Shown here: positions 16,427 to 25,687 of the stretch, one piece after another
Layout: each line of letters begins with the position of its first letter
How positions within the stretch are numbered: the first letter of the stretch is position 1
Virus genome (UHGV): UHGV-0204469
DNA from: a virus
Reading direction: 5' to 3' (one strand)
Length of the DNA stretch: 35,128 nucleotides
Notes under the pieces: model-generated
What the model was told of the DNA's origin: nothing
The model's input: only the letters and a program-made list of their open reading frames with translations
Database searches by the model: none
Program-made: the position numbers and the translations under genes

Positions 16427-16566
16427 CAAATAAAAATAAAAAAGAAAATGGGAAGTTCATTAATTTCCTAATACAAGTACTGACAGGAATAATCTTAATC
16501 AGGATTTGTGTGATTGTTACTGGGCTGATACTTCGAGTTGTCCGCTTTATATGGTTTGGATATTAA
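16423..16566 (+). CDS. Small membrane protein (47 aa; not in ORF track)
   Basis: RBS GGAGGG, GTG start; basic N-terminus plus hydrophobic helix. Confidence 0.6.
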   Translation: MTNKNKKENGKFINFLIQVLTGIILIRICVIVTGLILRVVRFIWFGY

Positions 16567-16577
16567 GGAGGTGAATA

Positions 16578-17036
16578 TTGAAAGTAAGTACAGAATATGG
16601 GTATTTAATCAAAGCGTTGAGAGAATACCCGTTTGAATCGCAAGTGAAACGGAGATGCGAAGAGATTCAATATCCAGTAAGTAATAGTGGATTAGACCCC
16701 AATTGGTGGATTACTCCTCAAAATTTGGTTCGTGATCCAAAAGTTTTAAGTGATATCATTAAGTTAGAATGCGATCCAACATTAATTAAATATAGGCGAC
16801 AGTTTAAAGCGATTCAAGAAATGATTGCTGAAACAGACCCAGCGCATTGGAAAATAATCAAGGCTGTTTATATTCACAATGAATTGACTGTTGAAGGGGC
16901 ATTGATGCGTTTTGGATTCGGAAAAAAGACACAAGCTTATAAAAATATTATTCGTCCTTTTTTTGAAAAATTGGAATATAAGATTGATGAAATTGCTGCA
17001 GAAGAACGTATTGAAATAAATTTTGCGGAAAAGTGA
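16578..17036 (+). CDS. Putative late transcriptional activator (RinA/ArpU/Alt-like)
   Basis: Last gene before terminase; RBS AAGGAGGTG; size and C-terminal HTH-like region; repeats at 3' end. Confidence 0.6.
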   Translation: MKVSTEYGYLIKALREYPFESQVKRRCEEIQYPVSNSGLDPNWWITPQNLVRDPKVLSDIIKLECDPTLIKYRRQFKAIQEMIAETDPAHWKIIKAVYIHNELTVEGALMRFGFGKKTQAYKNIIRPFFEKLEYKIDEIAAEERIEINFAEK

Positions 17037-17087
17037 CCGTTTTTGCGGAAAAATAGCGAATAAGTGACCGAAAAAATGAGTTAAAAT
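17021..17087 (+). promoter_or_regulatory. Putative late promoter with activator-binding repeats
   Basis: TTTTGCGGAAAA x2 (17021, 17041), AAGTGACCG x2 (17031, 17062); -10 TAAAAT 17082-17087; no canonical -35. Confidence 0.65.
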
Positions 17088-17140
17088 AGTATTGTGAACG
17101 AGTGAATGATGATACGACTCGGTAACTCCTTTTAGATTTT

Positions 17141-17166
17141 ACCTGTCAGAAATGGCAGGTTTTTTT
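17141..17166 (+). terminator. Terminator in late leader
   Basis: ACCTGTCA-GAAA-TGGCAGGT + T run. Confidence 0.8.
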
Positions 17167-17194
17167 ATACAAATTTTTACAGGAAGGGGATAAT

Positions 17195-18085
17195 ATGGTG
17201 AAGCCCAAATATGAAGAGTGGCTGACAGAAGAAGGTTTGTTACAAATCGAAGGTTGGGCTCGCACCGGCCTTACGGATGAGCAAATTGCACATAATATGG
17301 GTGTTTCTTTAACATCTTTAAAAAAATATAAAAAAGACCATCCGTCTATTTTGACCGCCCTAAAAAAGGGTAAGGAAATTGTTGACTTTCAGGTTGAAAA
17401 TGCACTGTTGAAACGTGCTTTAGGTTATGACTACCTAGAAGTAACTAAAGAGCGGATGTCATCAGAAGCCCAAAAGAAAAGACATGATGGTCAGAGCAAG
17501 CTAACTGAAAAGCAGTGGATAACATGCATGGATTATTTCGACTCTAAATGTTGCTATTGTGGAAAGTCGGGAAAACTAACTAAAGACCATTTGCAGCCAC
17601 TTAAGCAAAAAGGTGAGTTAGAAATTGCTAATGTTGTGCCGGCTTGTTCATCTTGCAATTCTTCTAAGAAAGATAAGCAATGGCTTTCATGGTTTCAAAA
17701 ACAAAAATTTTATACTCAAGAAAAAGCGAAAGTTATTCAGAAGTGGATAACTTTTTCATTAAGTATTAAAGCTCTTTTTGAAGATGAAAGTCAGGAATCA
17801 GAAATGGTTGTATCTAAAGAAGTGACAAAACATGTTGCTGGAGATACAACGGCCCAAATCTTTTGGCTTAAAAACAGAAAACCTAATGAATGGCGCAATA
17901 AAAACGAAACTAGTCAAAAACAACAAAATAGACTTATTGAAGCACAAGCTGATGCTGCGGTCGCAAAAGCCAAGATACTTGCTGATGCTGCAAATAAACT
18001 TGAGGGTAACTTTAAAAATAATAGATTGCTTCAAGCACTTATTGATGTTCCAATTGTTGAGAGAGAAGAAGGTGATTTATCATGA
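17195..18085 (+). CDS. terS: Terminase small subunit with in-frame HNH domain
   Basis: GWAR.GLTDEQIA.NMG HTH, VENALLKRALGY, DTTAQIFWLKNRKP..W; internal CCYCG..DH..N...CSSCN. Confidence 0.88.
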   Translation: MVKPKYEEWLTEEGLLQIEGWARTGLTDEQIAHNMGVSLTSLKKYKKDHPSILTALKKGKEIVDFQVENALLKRALGYDYLEVTKERMSSEAQKKRHDGQSKLTEKQWITCMDYFDSKCCYCGKSGKLTKDHLQPLKQKGELEIANVVPACSSCNSSKKDKQWLSWFQKQKFYTQEKAKVIQKWITFSLSIKALFEDESQESEMVVSKEVTKHVAGDTTAQIFWLKNRKPNEWRNKNETSQKQQNRLIEAQADAAVAKAKILADAANKLEGNFKNNRLLQALIDVPIVEREEGDLS

Positions 18086-19374
18086 TTTCTTTCAGTCCAA
18101 AGCAAGCGGAAAATATCAAAGCTGACATCTCTGGCATCGAGTTTGAAATGAACGAGGGAACAATTCGGTCAGGTAAGACAAACAGTGATATTTTCAAAAT
18201 GGCTCGCATCTATGCACAATCGCCTGACCGTGACCATTTAGTTCTTGCTTACAATCAAGAACAAGCTTACCGCATGTTCATTGATGGCGAGGGTTTCGGT
18301 TTAATGTATATCTTTGCTGACAATTCAGAAATCAAGCACAATGAAGATGGAGACCATCTCAGTATTACTTTCCCTGGTGGAATAGAGAAACGAATCTTTT
18401 ATAAAGGTGGGGGTAAAGTTAATGCTGTTGGAGCAATTACTGGGATGTCTTTTGGGACTGTTGCTTTTCTTGAGTTTAATTTGCTCAATAAAGAAGTAAT
18501 AGCCGAAGCACTGAGGCGGACCTTAGCAAGCAAGCTGAGGTTTCACCTTGGAGAGCAGAACCCACCAGCTCCCAATCATCCAAATCTTGAGTTATTAAAC
18601 CAGTTTGAAAATACTGGAACTTATCGCTTTAGACATTGGAGACCGACTGACAATCCTATTCTTACTGGTCAGCGTTTGAAAATGTGGGAAGAACAGTCTA
18701 AAACATCCGACTATCTTTATAAGCGTGACTGGCTAGGACAACGAGTGATGCCGGAAGGTGTTATCTATTCAATGTTTGATGAAGAAAAGCATATGACCAA
18801 CCAACTTAAAGGCAGAGTCATTGAAACATTCTTCACAGCCGATGGTGGTCAAGCCGATGCAACGACTTGTGCATTTAATGTAGTGACCTTTCATGAGGGC
18901 AAGCATTATTTGTACCGCATGGCAAATTATTATCACAGTGGAACGGAAACAGGGCAGACAAAAGCGATGTCAGTCTATGCTAAAGAAATCAAGCAATTTG
19001 TATCTTGGTGTTACGATAAATGGAAAGATTTACCACATTGGGAATGGTTCTTTGTTGACCCGGCTTGTAAAACGTTACGAGAAGAACTTAATTTGATTGG
19101 TATTTCTACTGACAAGGCAAATAATAATAGCCGGGACAAAGTAACAAGCAACGGTTTAAAAATAGAAGTTGGTATTGAAAGAGTACAGAATGCTTTTGAA
19201 AAAGGGCTTCTTTTTTTGTATTCATTAGATGGAAAGTATGATCACTACAATCTAATAAAAGAAATTGGATTGTATATTAGAACCCCAAACGGTTTGCCAG
19301 TAGATAAAAATAACCATGCATGCGATGAACTACGTTATGCAGTCAATTATTTCACTGTGGAATACTTAAATTAG
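18082..19374 (+). CDS. terL: Terminase large subunit (PBSX-like)
   Basis: EGTIRSGKT Walker A, NPPAPNHP, VDPA, D.NNHACDELRY nuclease motif. Confidence 0.92.
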   Translation: MISFSPKQAENIKADISGIEFEMNEGTIRSGKTNSDIFKMARIYAQSPDRDHLVLAYNQEQAYRMFIDGEGFGLMYIFADNSEIKHNEDGDHLSITFPGGIEKRIFYKGGGKVNAVGAITGMSFGTVAFLEFNLLNKEVIAEALRRTLASKLRFHLGEQNPPAPNHPNLELLNQFENTGTYRFRHWRPTDNPILTGQRLKMWEEQSKTSDYLYKRDWLGQRVMPEGVIYSMFDEEKHMTNQLKGRVIETFFTADGGQADATTCAFNVVTFHEGKHYLYRMANYYHSGTETGQTKAMSVYAKEIKQFVSWCYDKWKDLPHWEWFFVDPACKTLREELNLIGISTDKANNNSRDKVTSNGLKIEVGIERVQNAFEKGLLFLYSLDGKYDHYNLIKEIGLYIRTPNGLPVDKNNHACDELRYAVNYFTVEYLN

Positions 19375-19384
19375 GAGGTGGCCA

Positions 19385-20866
19385 GTGTTTGATTGGTTTA
19401 AAAATATGATAAGAAAAGGAGGCGCAAAGGTAGGAATGGTTGAGTCATTAAACAATATTACAGATCATCCGAAGATTGCAGTTAATTCGGAAGAATATCT
19501 TCGCATCCAAGACAACAAAAGAATTTATAAAAATATATTTGAGCAAGTGACATATCTCAATAGTGATGGAAACTATATCAAACGTGATTTTCACTCATTA
19601 AATGTTTCAAAGATAATTGCAAGAAAGCTATCTAAGCTTGTCTTCAATGATGGTTGCTCAATCAGCGTTGATAATACCGAAGCAGATGAGTTCTTACAGA
19701 AAGTTTTTAATAGTAATAAATTTCGCAAGAACTTTGGTGAAGAATTAGAAGCTGGTTATGCAATTGGTGGGCTTGTCCTTCGTCCTTATTATGATGAAGC
19801 GCATGATACAATCAAGATTGCTTATTGCCGAGCTGATACTTTTTATCCATTGGAATCAAACACCAATGATATTAGTGAAGCAGCAATTGCTACTGTTACT
19901 CAAGTGGTAGAGGGTAAACAGAATATTCGCTATACCTTACTAGAATTTCATGAGTGGGAAAATGGCAGTTACTTCATCCGGAACGAACTTTATCGATCAG
20001 AAAATGAAAATCAAGTTGGTGTGAAAGTACCTTTAACCTCACTATCTAAGTACGAGACTTTGCAAGAAGAAGTTGAAATGAAAGGTTTCACTCGTCCTAT
20101 CTTTGTTTATATAAAGCTTGCCGGCAAAAATAACTTTGACATTTCAAGCTCTTTAAGCTTAGGTATTATTGATAATGCGAAGCGGCAATTGCTCGATATC
20201 AACGAAAAGTATGACCAATTCATGCGAGAAATTGAAGAAGCAGGGCGAAAGATTATTGCTTCGGATGCCTTCTTTAAGGTTAAGTTTGATAAAGATGGAC
20301 GGCCAATCAAGAGATTTGATTCAAAGACTAGCGTATTTCAAACCATGAAGTCTGAGGAGCCGTTTATCAATGAATTTGCTCCAGCATTACGTGCTACAGA
20401 GTTCATAGATTCAATCAATTTTATTTTGCGTACTATTGAACTTGAAACTGGTTTTAGTTCTGGAACATTTTCATTTGATGGCCAGTCAGTCAAGACAGCA
20501 ACTGAAATTATCAGCGAAAACTCTGAGACATTCTCAACTCGTTCAGATAATGTTTTGATTGTTGAGGAAGCGCTGAAAGAGTTAGTAGTAACAATCTTTG
20601 AGCTTGCAAATTCGTATGAACTATTTACGTTGCCCGAAAAATATGGTATCAATATTGACTTTGATGATGGTGTCTTTCAGTCGCAAGATGCAAAAGCTGA
20701 CTATTATGGAAAACTTACAACAATGCAACTGACATCAAGAAAAAGGGCCATTCAAAAGATTCAAGGTGTGACCGAAGATGAAGCCGATAAAATTCTTGCA
20801 GAGATTAAAGAAGAACAGGCACCAAGTCTTAGTCCAACTGATACATCGATGTATGGCGGTGAGTAA
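19385..20866 (+). CDS. Portal protein (A118/SPP1 Gp6-like)
   Basis: GFSSGTFSFDG..KTATEI.S, IDFDDGV motifs; synteny. Confidence 0.9.
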   Translation: MFDWFKNMIRKGGAKVGMVESLNNITDHPKIAVNSEEYLRIQDNKRIYKNIFEQVTYLNSDGNYIKRDFHSLNVSKIIARKLSKLVFNDGCSISVDNTEADEFLQKVFNSNKFRKNFGEELEAGYAIGGLVLRPYYDEAHDTIKIAYCRADTFYPLESNTNDISEAAIATVTQVVEGKQNIRYTLLEFHEWENGSYFIRNELYRSENENQVGVKVPLTSLSKYETLQEEVEMKGFTRPIFVYIKLAGKNNFDISSSLSLGIIDNAKRQLLDINEKYDQFMREIEEAGRKIIASDAFFKVKFDKDGRPIKRFDSKTSVFQTMKSEEPFINEFAPALRATEFIDSINFILRTIELETGFSSGTFSFDGQSVKTATEIISENSETFSTRSDNVLIVEEALKELVVTIFELANSYELFTLPEKYGINIDFDDGVFQSQDAKADYYGKLTTMQLTSRKRAIQKIQGVTEDEADKILAEIKEEQAPSLSPTDTSMYGGE

Positions 20867-20868
20867 TT

Positions 20869-22077
20869 ATGGGAAAGTTCAAAGTCAATGATGACCAAAT
20901 GACACTTGCTTCTGGAATGGTTGGTGACATTTACGAGCAAATGGCCCAAGAGTTGATGTTTAATCTTATAAAGAGAATCAAACAGCGTGGAAGTGCTGAC
21001 TTGCAACGTGAACCATGGCTTTGGCAACTTGAAAAACTCAATGATATGCATATGCTTAATGAGCAGAATGTAAAATATATCCTTGAGCAGACAGGAATTG
21101 CTCAAGATTTATTTGATAAGATTATTAAAAATGAGGGGTTGAAAGTTTACAAAAATACTCAGGAGCAGTTGGCAGAAGAGCTTGTAAAGAATCCGCCTCA
21201 TAATGATGTGAGGATGGCACTTGAAAGTTATGCACAGCAAGCTTTTAGAGATGTTAACAACTTAGTCAATCAATCATTACTTTCTAATAACTTTGCAAAA
21301 AATCCAATCATGAAAACTTATCAATCCATTATTGAAACGGCAGTTGCAGAAGTCATTTCGGGAGTTAAAACAGCAGACCAGGCAATAAATGATACTGTGA
21401 TGAAATGGTTAGCTAAAGGATTTCCTTCTGATTTTGTCGATAAAGCTGGCAGACAATGGAATATTGATAGCTATGCTAGAATGGTTACTCAATCTACTGC
21501 TTTTCGTGTTTATAATGACATGAAAACACGAGCAAGCGAAGAATTAGGGGTTGAAACCTTTTACTATTCTAAGCATGGGGCTAGTCGTCCGGCTTGTGCC
21601 CCTATTCAGGGGAAAGTGGTAACCAAAGGTCAGTCATTTTATTCTGAGACTTTGGGTTATAGAGTTGAATCTTTGAAAGAACATGGGTGGGGAACTTCTG
21701 GAGGTGCTTTGGGTGCCAATTGCAAACATTATCTTACACCATTTATCATTGGTGTTAACAACTTACCTAATATTCCAGAACATCTTAAAGATATCACTCC
21801 AAAACAAGCTATTGAAAATGGGCGAAAACAAGCCCAACAACGAGCTTATGAGCGAGCGATTAAAGATGATAAATACAAACTTCAAGCTGCAAAACTTTTG
21901 GAAGATGAACAACGAATTGCAGAGTATAAAAATAAATTAGCTATTCATAGAAGTAGCCTTAATGATTTGCTTAAAGAAAATGACTTTTTACATCGTGATT
22001 CAACGAGAGAGCGAGTCTATAAAAATGGCAAAGCTCAAGAATATGCTAAAAACTTTAATAAAAAACAAAGCGCCTGA
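20869..22077 (+). CDS. Minor capsid protein
   Basis: DKAGRQW..YARM, S.H.ASRP.CAPIQG, GANCKH, QRAYERAI. Confidence 0.85.
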   Translation: MGKFKVNDDQMTLASGMVGDIYEQMAQELMFNLIKRIKQRGSADLQREPWLWQLEKLNDMHMLNEQNVKYILEQTGIAQDLFDKIIKNEGLKVYKNTQEQLAEELVKNPPHNDVRMALESYAQQAFRDVNNLVNQSLLSNNFAKNPIMKTYQSIIETAVAEVISGVKTADQAINDTVMKWLAKGFPSDFVDKAGRQWNIDSYARMVTQSTAFRVYNDMKTRASEELGVETFYYSKHGASRPACAPIQGKVVTKGQSFYSETLGYRVESLKEHGWGTSGGALGANCKHYLTPFIIGVNNLPNIPEHLKDITPKQAIENGRKQAQQRAYERAIKDDKYKLQAAKLLEDEQRIAEYKNKLAIHRSSLNDLLKENDFLHRDSTRERVYKNGKAQEYAKNFNKKQSA

Positions 22078-22121
22078 TATTTATTATCAAGTGTCTTTCT
22101 TATGCTCAAAGGAGGGCAAAA

Positions 22122-22379
22122 ATGGACGAATTACAATTTACGGAAAAAGCAAAACAAATGGTGGCTGATTATTCCAATAAGATGAACATTATTGACGAGT
22201 ATAAAGTTACTCCAGAAGAGATCTATGTGGTTTGGGCATGTAAAACTTTGCAGAATAATAAAGCATTACTTTCTACCAATGTTCCAGACGGTCGTTATTA
22301 TGAAGTAACTTACAACGGAGATAAGCAAGAATTTTATTTTGATGCTTATATCAAGGAACACAATCAACTCATTAAATAA
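22122..22379 (+). CDS. DUF6275-like protein (moron in head module)
   Basis: YVVW.CKTLQN.KALLST...DG.YYE.TYNGDK.E.Y.D.Y motif; RBS GGAGGG. Confidence 0.8.
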   Translation: MDELQFTEKAKQMVADYSNKMNIIDEYKVTPEEIYVVWACKTLQNNKALLSTNVPDGRYYEVTYNGDKQEFYFDAYIKEHNQLIK

Positions 22380-22386
22380 TAATTTT

Positions 22387-22415
22387 AAACCCTTGGGATT
22401 CCACGGGTTTTTCTT
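22387..22415 (+). terminator. Rho-independent terminator
   Basis: AAACCC.TGG-GATT-CCA.GGGTTT + TTCTT. Confidence 0.65.
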
Positions 22416-22478
22416 ATGCCCTGGGCATGGCGTAAAACTGTTACAAAGTCCAAGTGACGTAAAAAAGGAGATTCAAAC

Positions 22479-23048
22479 ATGGGTTTGAAACGTAGCAATC
22501 TTGAAGAGTGGGGAATTACTGACAAGGAAGTGATTGATAAAATCATGGATGCCAATGGTGACAGCATTAATGAAACTAAGGCGACTCTTGATAGTGAAAA
22601 AACTGCCCTTCAAACTCAACTGGATCAGCAAACTTCTGAAATTGAAGAATTGAAAAAATCAACTGAGACAAGTGCTGAAACAAAAAAAGCACTTGATGAC
22701 TTGCAAGCCTCTTTTGATTCTTACAAAACCGATGCAGAAAAAACACTTGCTGAAACACAAAAAACAAATGCAGTAAAACTTGCATTGAAAGACTCAGGCA
22801 CTGTGAACACTGAATTGCTATTTGGTCAAGTCAACATGGACAACGTCATTATTCAAGATGATGGCAAAGTTTCAGGTCTTGATGACCAACTTGCAACATT
22901 CAAAGAATCAATGCCTTATTTGTTTCAAGAAGCAACAGGAACTGCAGACAAAACAAAACCAACCATTGTGGCTGGCGGCAATCCAAATAGTGGTGGCGCT
23001 GGTGAAAAATCTTTGGTTCAAAAAATTCAAGAAAGATTAGGTGAATAA
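22479..23048 (+). CDS. Capsid scaffolding protein (GP20-like)
   Basis: Coiled coil; GLDDQL...KES.PYLF motif; precedes capsid gene. Confidence 0.88.
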   Translation: MGLKRSNLEEWGITDKEVIDKIMDANGDSINETKATLDSEKTALQTQLDQQTSEIEELKKSTETSAETKKALDDLQASFDSYKTDAEKTLAETQKTNAVKLALKDSGTVNTELLFGQVNMDNVIIQDDGKVSGLDDQLATFKESMPYLFQEATGTADKTKPTIVAGGNPNSGGAGEKSLVQKIQERLGE

Positions 23049-23049
23049 T

Positions 23050-23919
23050 ATGCCAGTAGTATTAGACTCAAAAGACTTAGCAACAATCGACAAAAAATTT
23101 AAAGCAGATTCTCAAGTTTGGGACATCTTAACTCAAGGTGCAAAATCAATCACTGCAGCAGACTTCGTTGGTGCCAATGAAGTTCGTATCAATAAAATGT
23201 CAGGTTTTGTTGATGCAACAAAATATAAACGTAATGACGATAATGCACGAAACAAAATCGACATTGCAAAAGAAACCGTAAAACTTACCAATGAAGATTG
23301 GTTTGGTTATGACGTTGACCAATTGGATCAGTCAGAATCATCAGCTTTGACAATTAACAATATCGTTGAAGAACACAAGCGTTTGGTTACTGTTCCACAT
23401 CGTGATAAAGTTGCTATTCAAGCACTTTACGATAATGCAAACAAAAAAGTTGCTGAAACTTTGACTAAAGATAACATCCTCGATGCTTATGATTCTGCAG
23501 AAGAATATATGACAGACAATGAAATTCCTGGTGGATATGTAATGTTTGTATCTGCTGCTACTTATCGAATGCTCAAAAATGCTTCTGGTGTTTCAAAAAC
23601 ATTTACAACTAATGAAGCATCAATCAATGGTATCAACCGTACAGTTGCGCAAATTGATGGTGGTGTTCCTATTGTAAAAGTTGCCAAAGCACGTTTCGCT
23701 GGAACCGGTGCTGATGATGCAGCCCTCAATTTGAATTTCATTGTTACTCCTCTTATTGCGGTAGCTCCAATTGTCAAATTCGGTACAGTTGATACTGTCC
23801 CGGCATCACAAGACCGTAGCGGTTACCGTGATACAATCAAAGGTTTGGACTACTACGATGCGATTGTATTTGAAAATGCCAAAGATGCTATCTATGTTTC
23901 AGAAAACCCAAAAGCGTAA
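23050..23919 (+). CDS. Major capsid protein
   Basis: Synteny, size, GANEVRI.K and VD.LD..ES motifs; RBS AGGTG before ATG 23050. Confidence 0.88.
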   Translation: MPVVLDSKDLATIDKKFKADSQVWDILTQGAKSITAADFVGANEVRINKMSGFVDATKYKRNDDNARNKIDIAKETVKLTNEDWFGYDVDQLDQSESSALTINNIVEEHKRLVTVPHRDKVAIQALYDNANKKVAETLTKDNILDAYDSAEEYMTDNEIPGGYVMFVSAATYRMLKNASGVSKTFTTNEASINGINRTVAQIDGGVPIVKVAKARFAGTGADDAALNLNFIVTPLIAVAPIVKFGTVDTVPASQDRSGYRDTIKGLDYYDAIVFENAKDAIYVSENPKA

Positions 23920-24185
23920 CCCCCACAAGTGTAACGTTGAATAAAACAACGTTATCTCTTGAAGTTGGGGGAACCGAAACACTGACAGCTACTGTTTTAC
24001 CAGAAGATGCAGAGGATAAAACAGTAACATTTACTTCTAGCGATCCTACAATTGCTACAGTTACACCAAAACAAGGGAATGTAGTAGGAAAAGCTGCTGG
24101 AACAACAGAAATTACTGGAACAACAGTTAATGGTTTGACCGTAACTTGTGGAGTAACAGTTACAGCAGCAAGTGGAGGAGAGTAA
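23907..24185 (+). CDS. Ig-like (Big_2) capsid extension reached by -1 frameshift
   Basis: C CCA AAA slippery heptamer at 23907-23913; -1 frame open through [16 protein letters not shown]..; no RBS of its own. Confidence 0.85.
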   Translation, partial: PKSVTPTSVTLNKTTLSLEVGGTETLTATVLPEDAEDKTVTFTSSDPTIATVTPKQGNVVGKAAGTTEITGTTVNGLTVTCGVTVTAASGGE

Positions 24186-24211
24186 TCTCCTCTTTTATTT
24201 TAGGAGGGATT

Positions 24212-24595
24212 ATGGCTTATCTGACATTTCCTGAATATCAAAAGTTTGGCTATCAAGAAGTAACGGAGGATGATTTTAAAAGATTAGTTGTCCGTGCTTC
24301 TGATGTCATTGATATTCGGACAAGAAACTTTTATAGATTTCATGATTTAGAATCTGATGTTGAATTTCGTAAAAATCAATTCAAGAAAGCAATTGCTTTG
24401 CAGATTGAAAGAATGGCGATTCTTGGGGCAGTTTCTACGGCTGAAATTGACAGCCCGACAAATTGGTCGCTAGACGGAGTAAGTGTCACAAATGGCAGTT
24501 CAGGAGCTTCTGGCGATAATACAACAAGCATTGTTTCCAATGATGCTCTGGAGCTTTTATCCATGACTGGTTTACTTTATAGGGGGACGTGTTAA
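24212..24595 (+). CDS. Head-tail connector (A118 gp8-like)
   Basis: MAYLT..EY, FKKAIALQI, TGLLYRG; RBS AGGAGG. Confidence 0.8.
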   Translation: MAYLTFPEYQKFGYQEVTEDDFKRLVVRASDVIDIRTRNFYRFHDLESDVEFRKNQFKKAIALQIERMAILGAVSTAEIDSPTNWSLDGVSVTNGSSGASGDNTTSIVSNDALELLSMTGLLYRGTC

Positions 24596-24933
24596 TGGTT
24601 TATTATCGTTTGCCACCTATTCGTGCTTTTCCACATTCTATTATTTACCGACAAAAGACAGGGGAAGACGATTACCAAAAGCCTGAATATAAAGACACTC
24701 CTATCAGCAATGTCTGGTTCAACCTATCATCGACTTTCTCAAGAGGTGGAAATAATTCAAGTGATAAAGCACCCAATGCTTCAATCACGATGTTCTATCG
24801 ATACTGTGGAGAACTTTCAAAATTTGAAACTGACAATTTAGTAGTCTTTCAAAGTAAGGAATATAACATTGTTTTAGCAAAAGAGTTAGTTCTAAATGGC
24901 GAATCGATTGGTTGGCGATTGGAGGTAGTCTAA
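24595..24933 (+). CDS. Head closure / minor capsid protein
   Basis: Synteny; TAATG coupling. Confidence 0.7.
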   Translation: MVYYRLPPIRAFPHSIIYRQKTGEDDYQKPEYKDTPISNVWFNLSSTFSRGGNNSSDKAPNASITMFYRYCGELSKFETDNLVVFQSKEYNIVLAKELVLNGESIGWRLEVV

Positions 24934-25286
24934 TGGCTAATGCTAAAGTAGACTTGAGAGGTGCTCAAAGAAAGCTGAGTGGTCCAAATATTACTAGGGG
25001 AAGAGTAGCAATGGCTAACCAAGCCCTGATGGATATGGACCCGTTTGTTCCGAAACGAGACCACAATTTGGCAGCAAGTGGACATGTCACTGATTCTGGT
25101 AAATCTATTGAATATAACACACCTTATGCTAGAGCCCAATTTTATGGTAAATCATTTAAAAAAGGCACATCATTTACCTTCAAAAGTTATACCACTCCTG
25201 GTACTGGCTCACGTTGGGATTTGAAAGCAAAAGGACTATATGGAAAAAGTTGGCCACAAGTCTTTAAGAAAGGAGCGGGACTTTAA
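24933..25286 (+). CDS. Minor capsid / tail completion protein
   Basis: MDPFVP, YNTPYARAQFYG, TPGTG.RWD motifs; RBS GGAGGT. Confidence 0.8.
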   Translation: MANAKVDLRGAQRKLSGPNITRGRVAMANQALMDMDPFVPKRDHNLAASGHVTDSGKSIEYNTPYARAQFYGKSFKKGTSFTFKSYTTPGTGSRWDLKAKGLYGKSWPQVFKKGAGL

Positions 25287-25684
25287 TGGATTTTATAGAG
25301 CGACTGAAAGATAGCGTAAATACTATCCCAAATCTTCCAATTAAATGTATTTTAGGTTATTTAAAGCCGACTGAATCATTAGTTTTATATCCCTTGCCTG
25401 GAAGTAAAGTTGTAAGCCAAACTTACGACGGCGAGAAAGACCAAGAATTAAATTATGAATTTGCCATGAAGTCAAAAGACCAAGAACAAATTCAAAAAGC
25501 CCTTTGGTTGATTCAAACATATTTAGAAGAGCTGTCAGAGCTAAAAAGTTCAGACGGTTCTTTTGATTTTTGGAAGATTGAAATTGCAAATAAGCCTTAC
25601 ATCAGCAATGAAGATGAAGAAAACTACTACATTTTCATTCTGGATGTTCAAGCAAGTATAACAACTTATAAAGAGAGGAAATAA
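25286..25684 (+). CDS. Tail terminator / minor capsid protein
   Basis: Synteny; LPG, YDG, S.DGSF.F motifs. Confidence 0.75.
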   Translation: MDFIERLKDSVNTIPNLPIKCILGYLKPTESLVLYPLPGSKVVSQTYDGEKDQELNYEFAMKSKDQEQIQKALWLIQTYLEELSELKSSDGSFDFWKIEIANKPYISNEDEENYYIFILDVQASITTYKERK

Positions 25685-25687
25685 AAA

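Noticed and set aside
17456..17803. Intein or group I intron in terS
   Set aside because: No His-Asn/Cys-Ser-Thr splice junction or Hint blocks; frame is continuous and no intron core was seen
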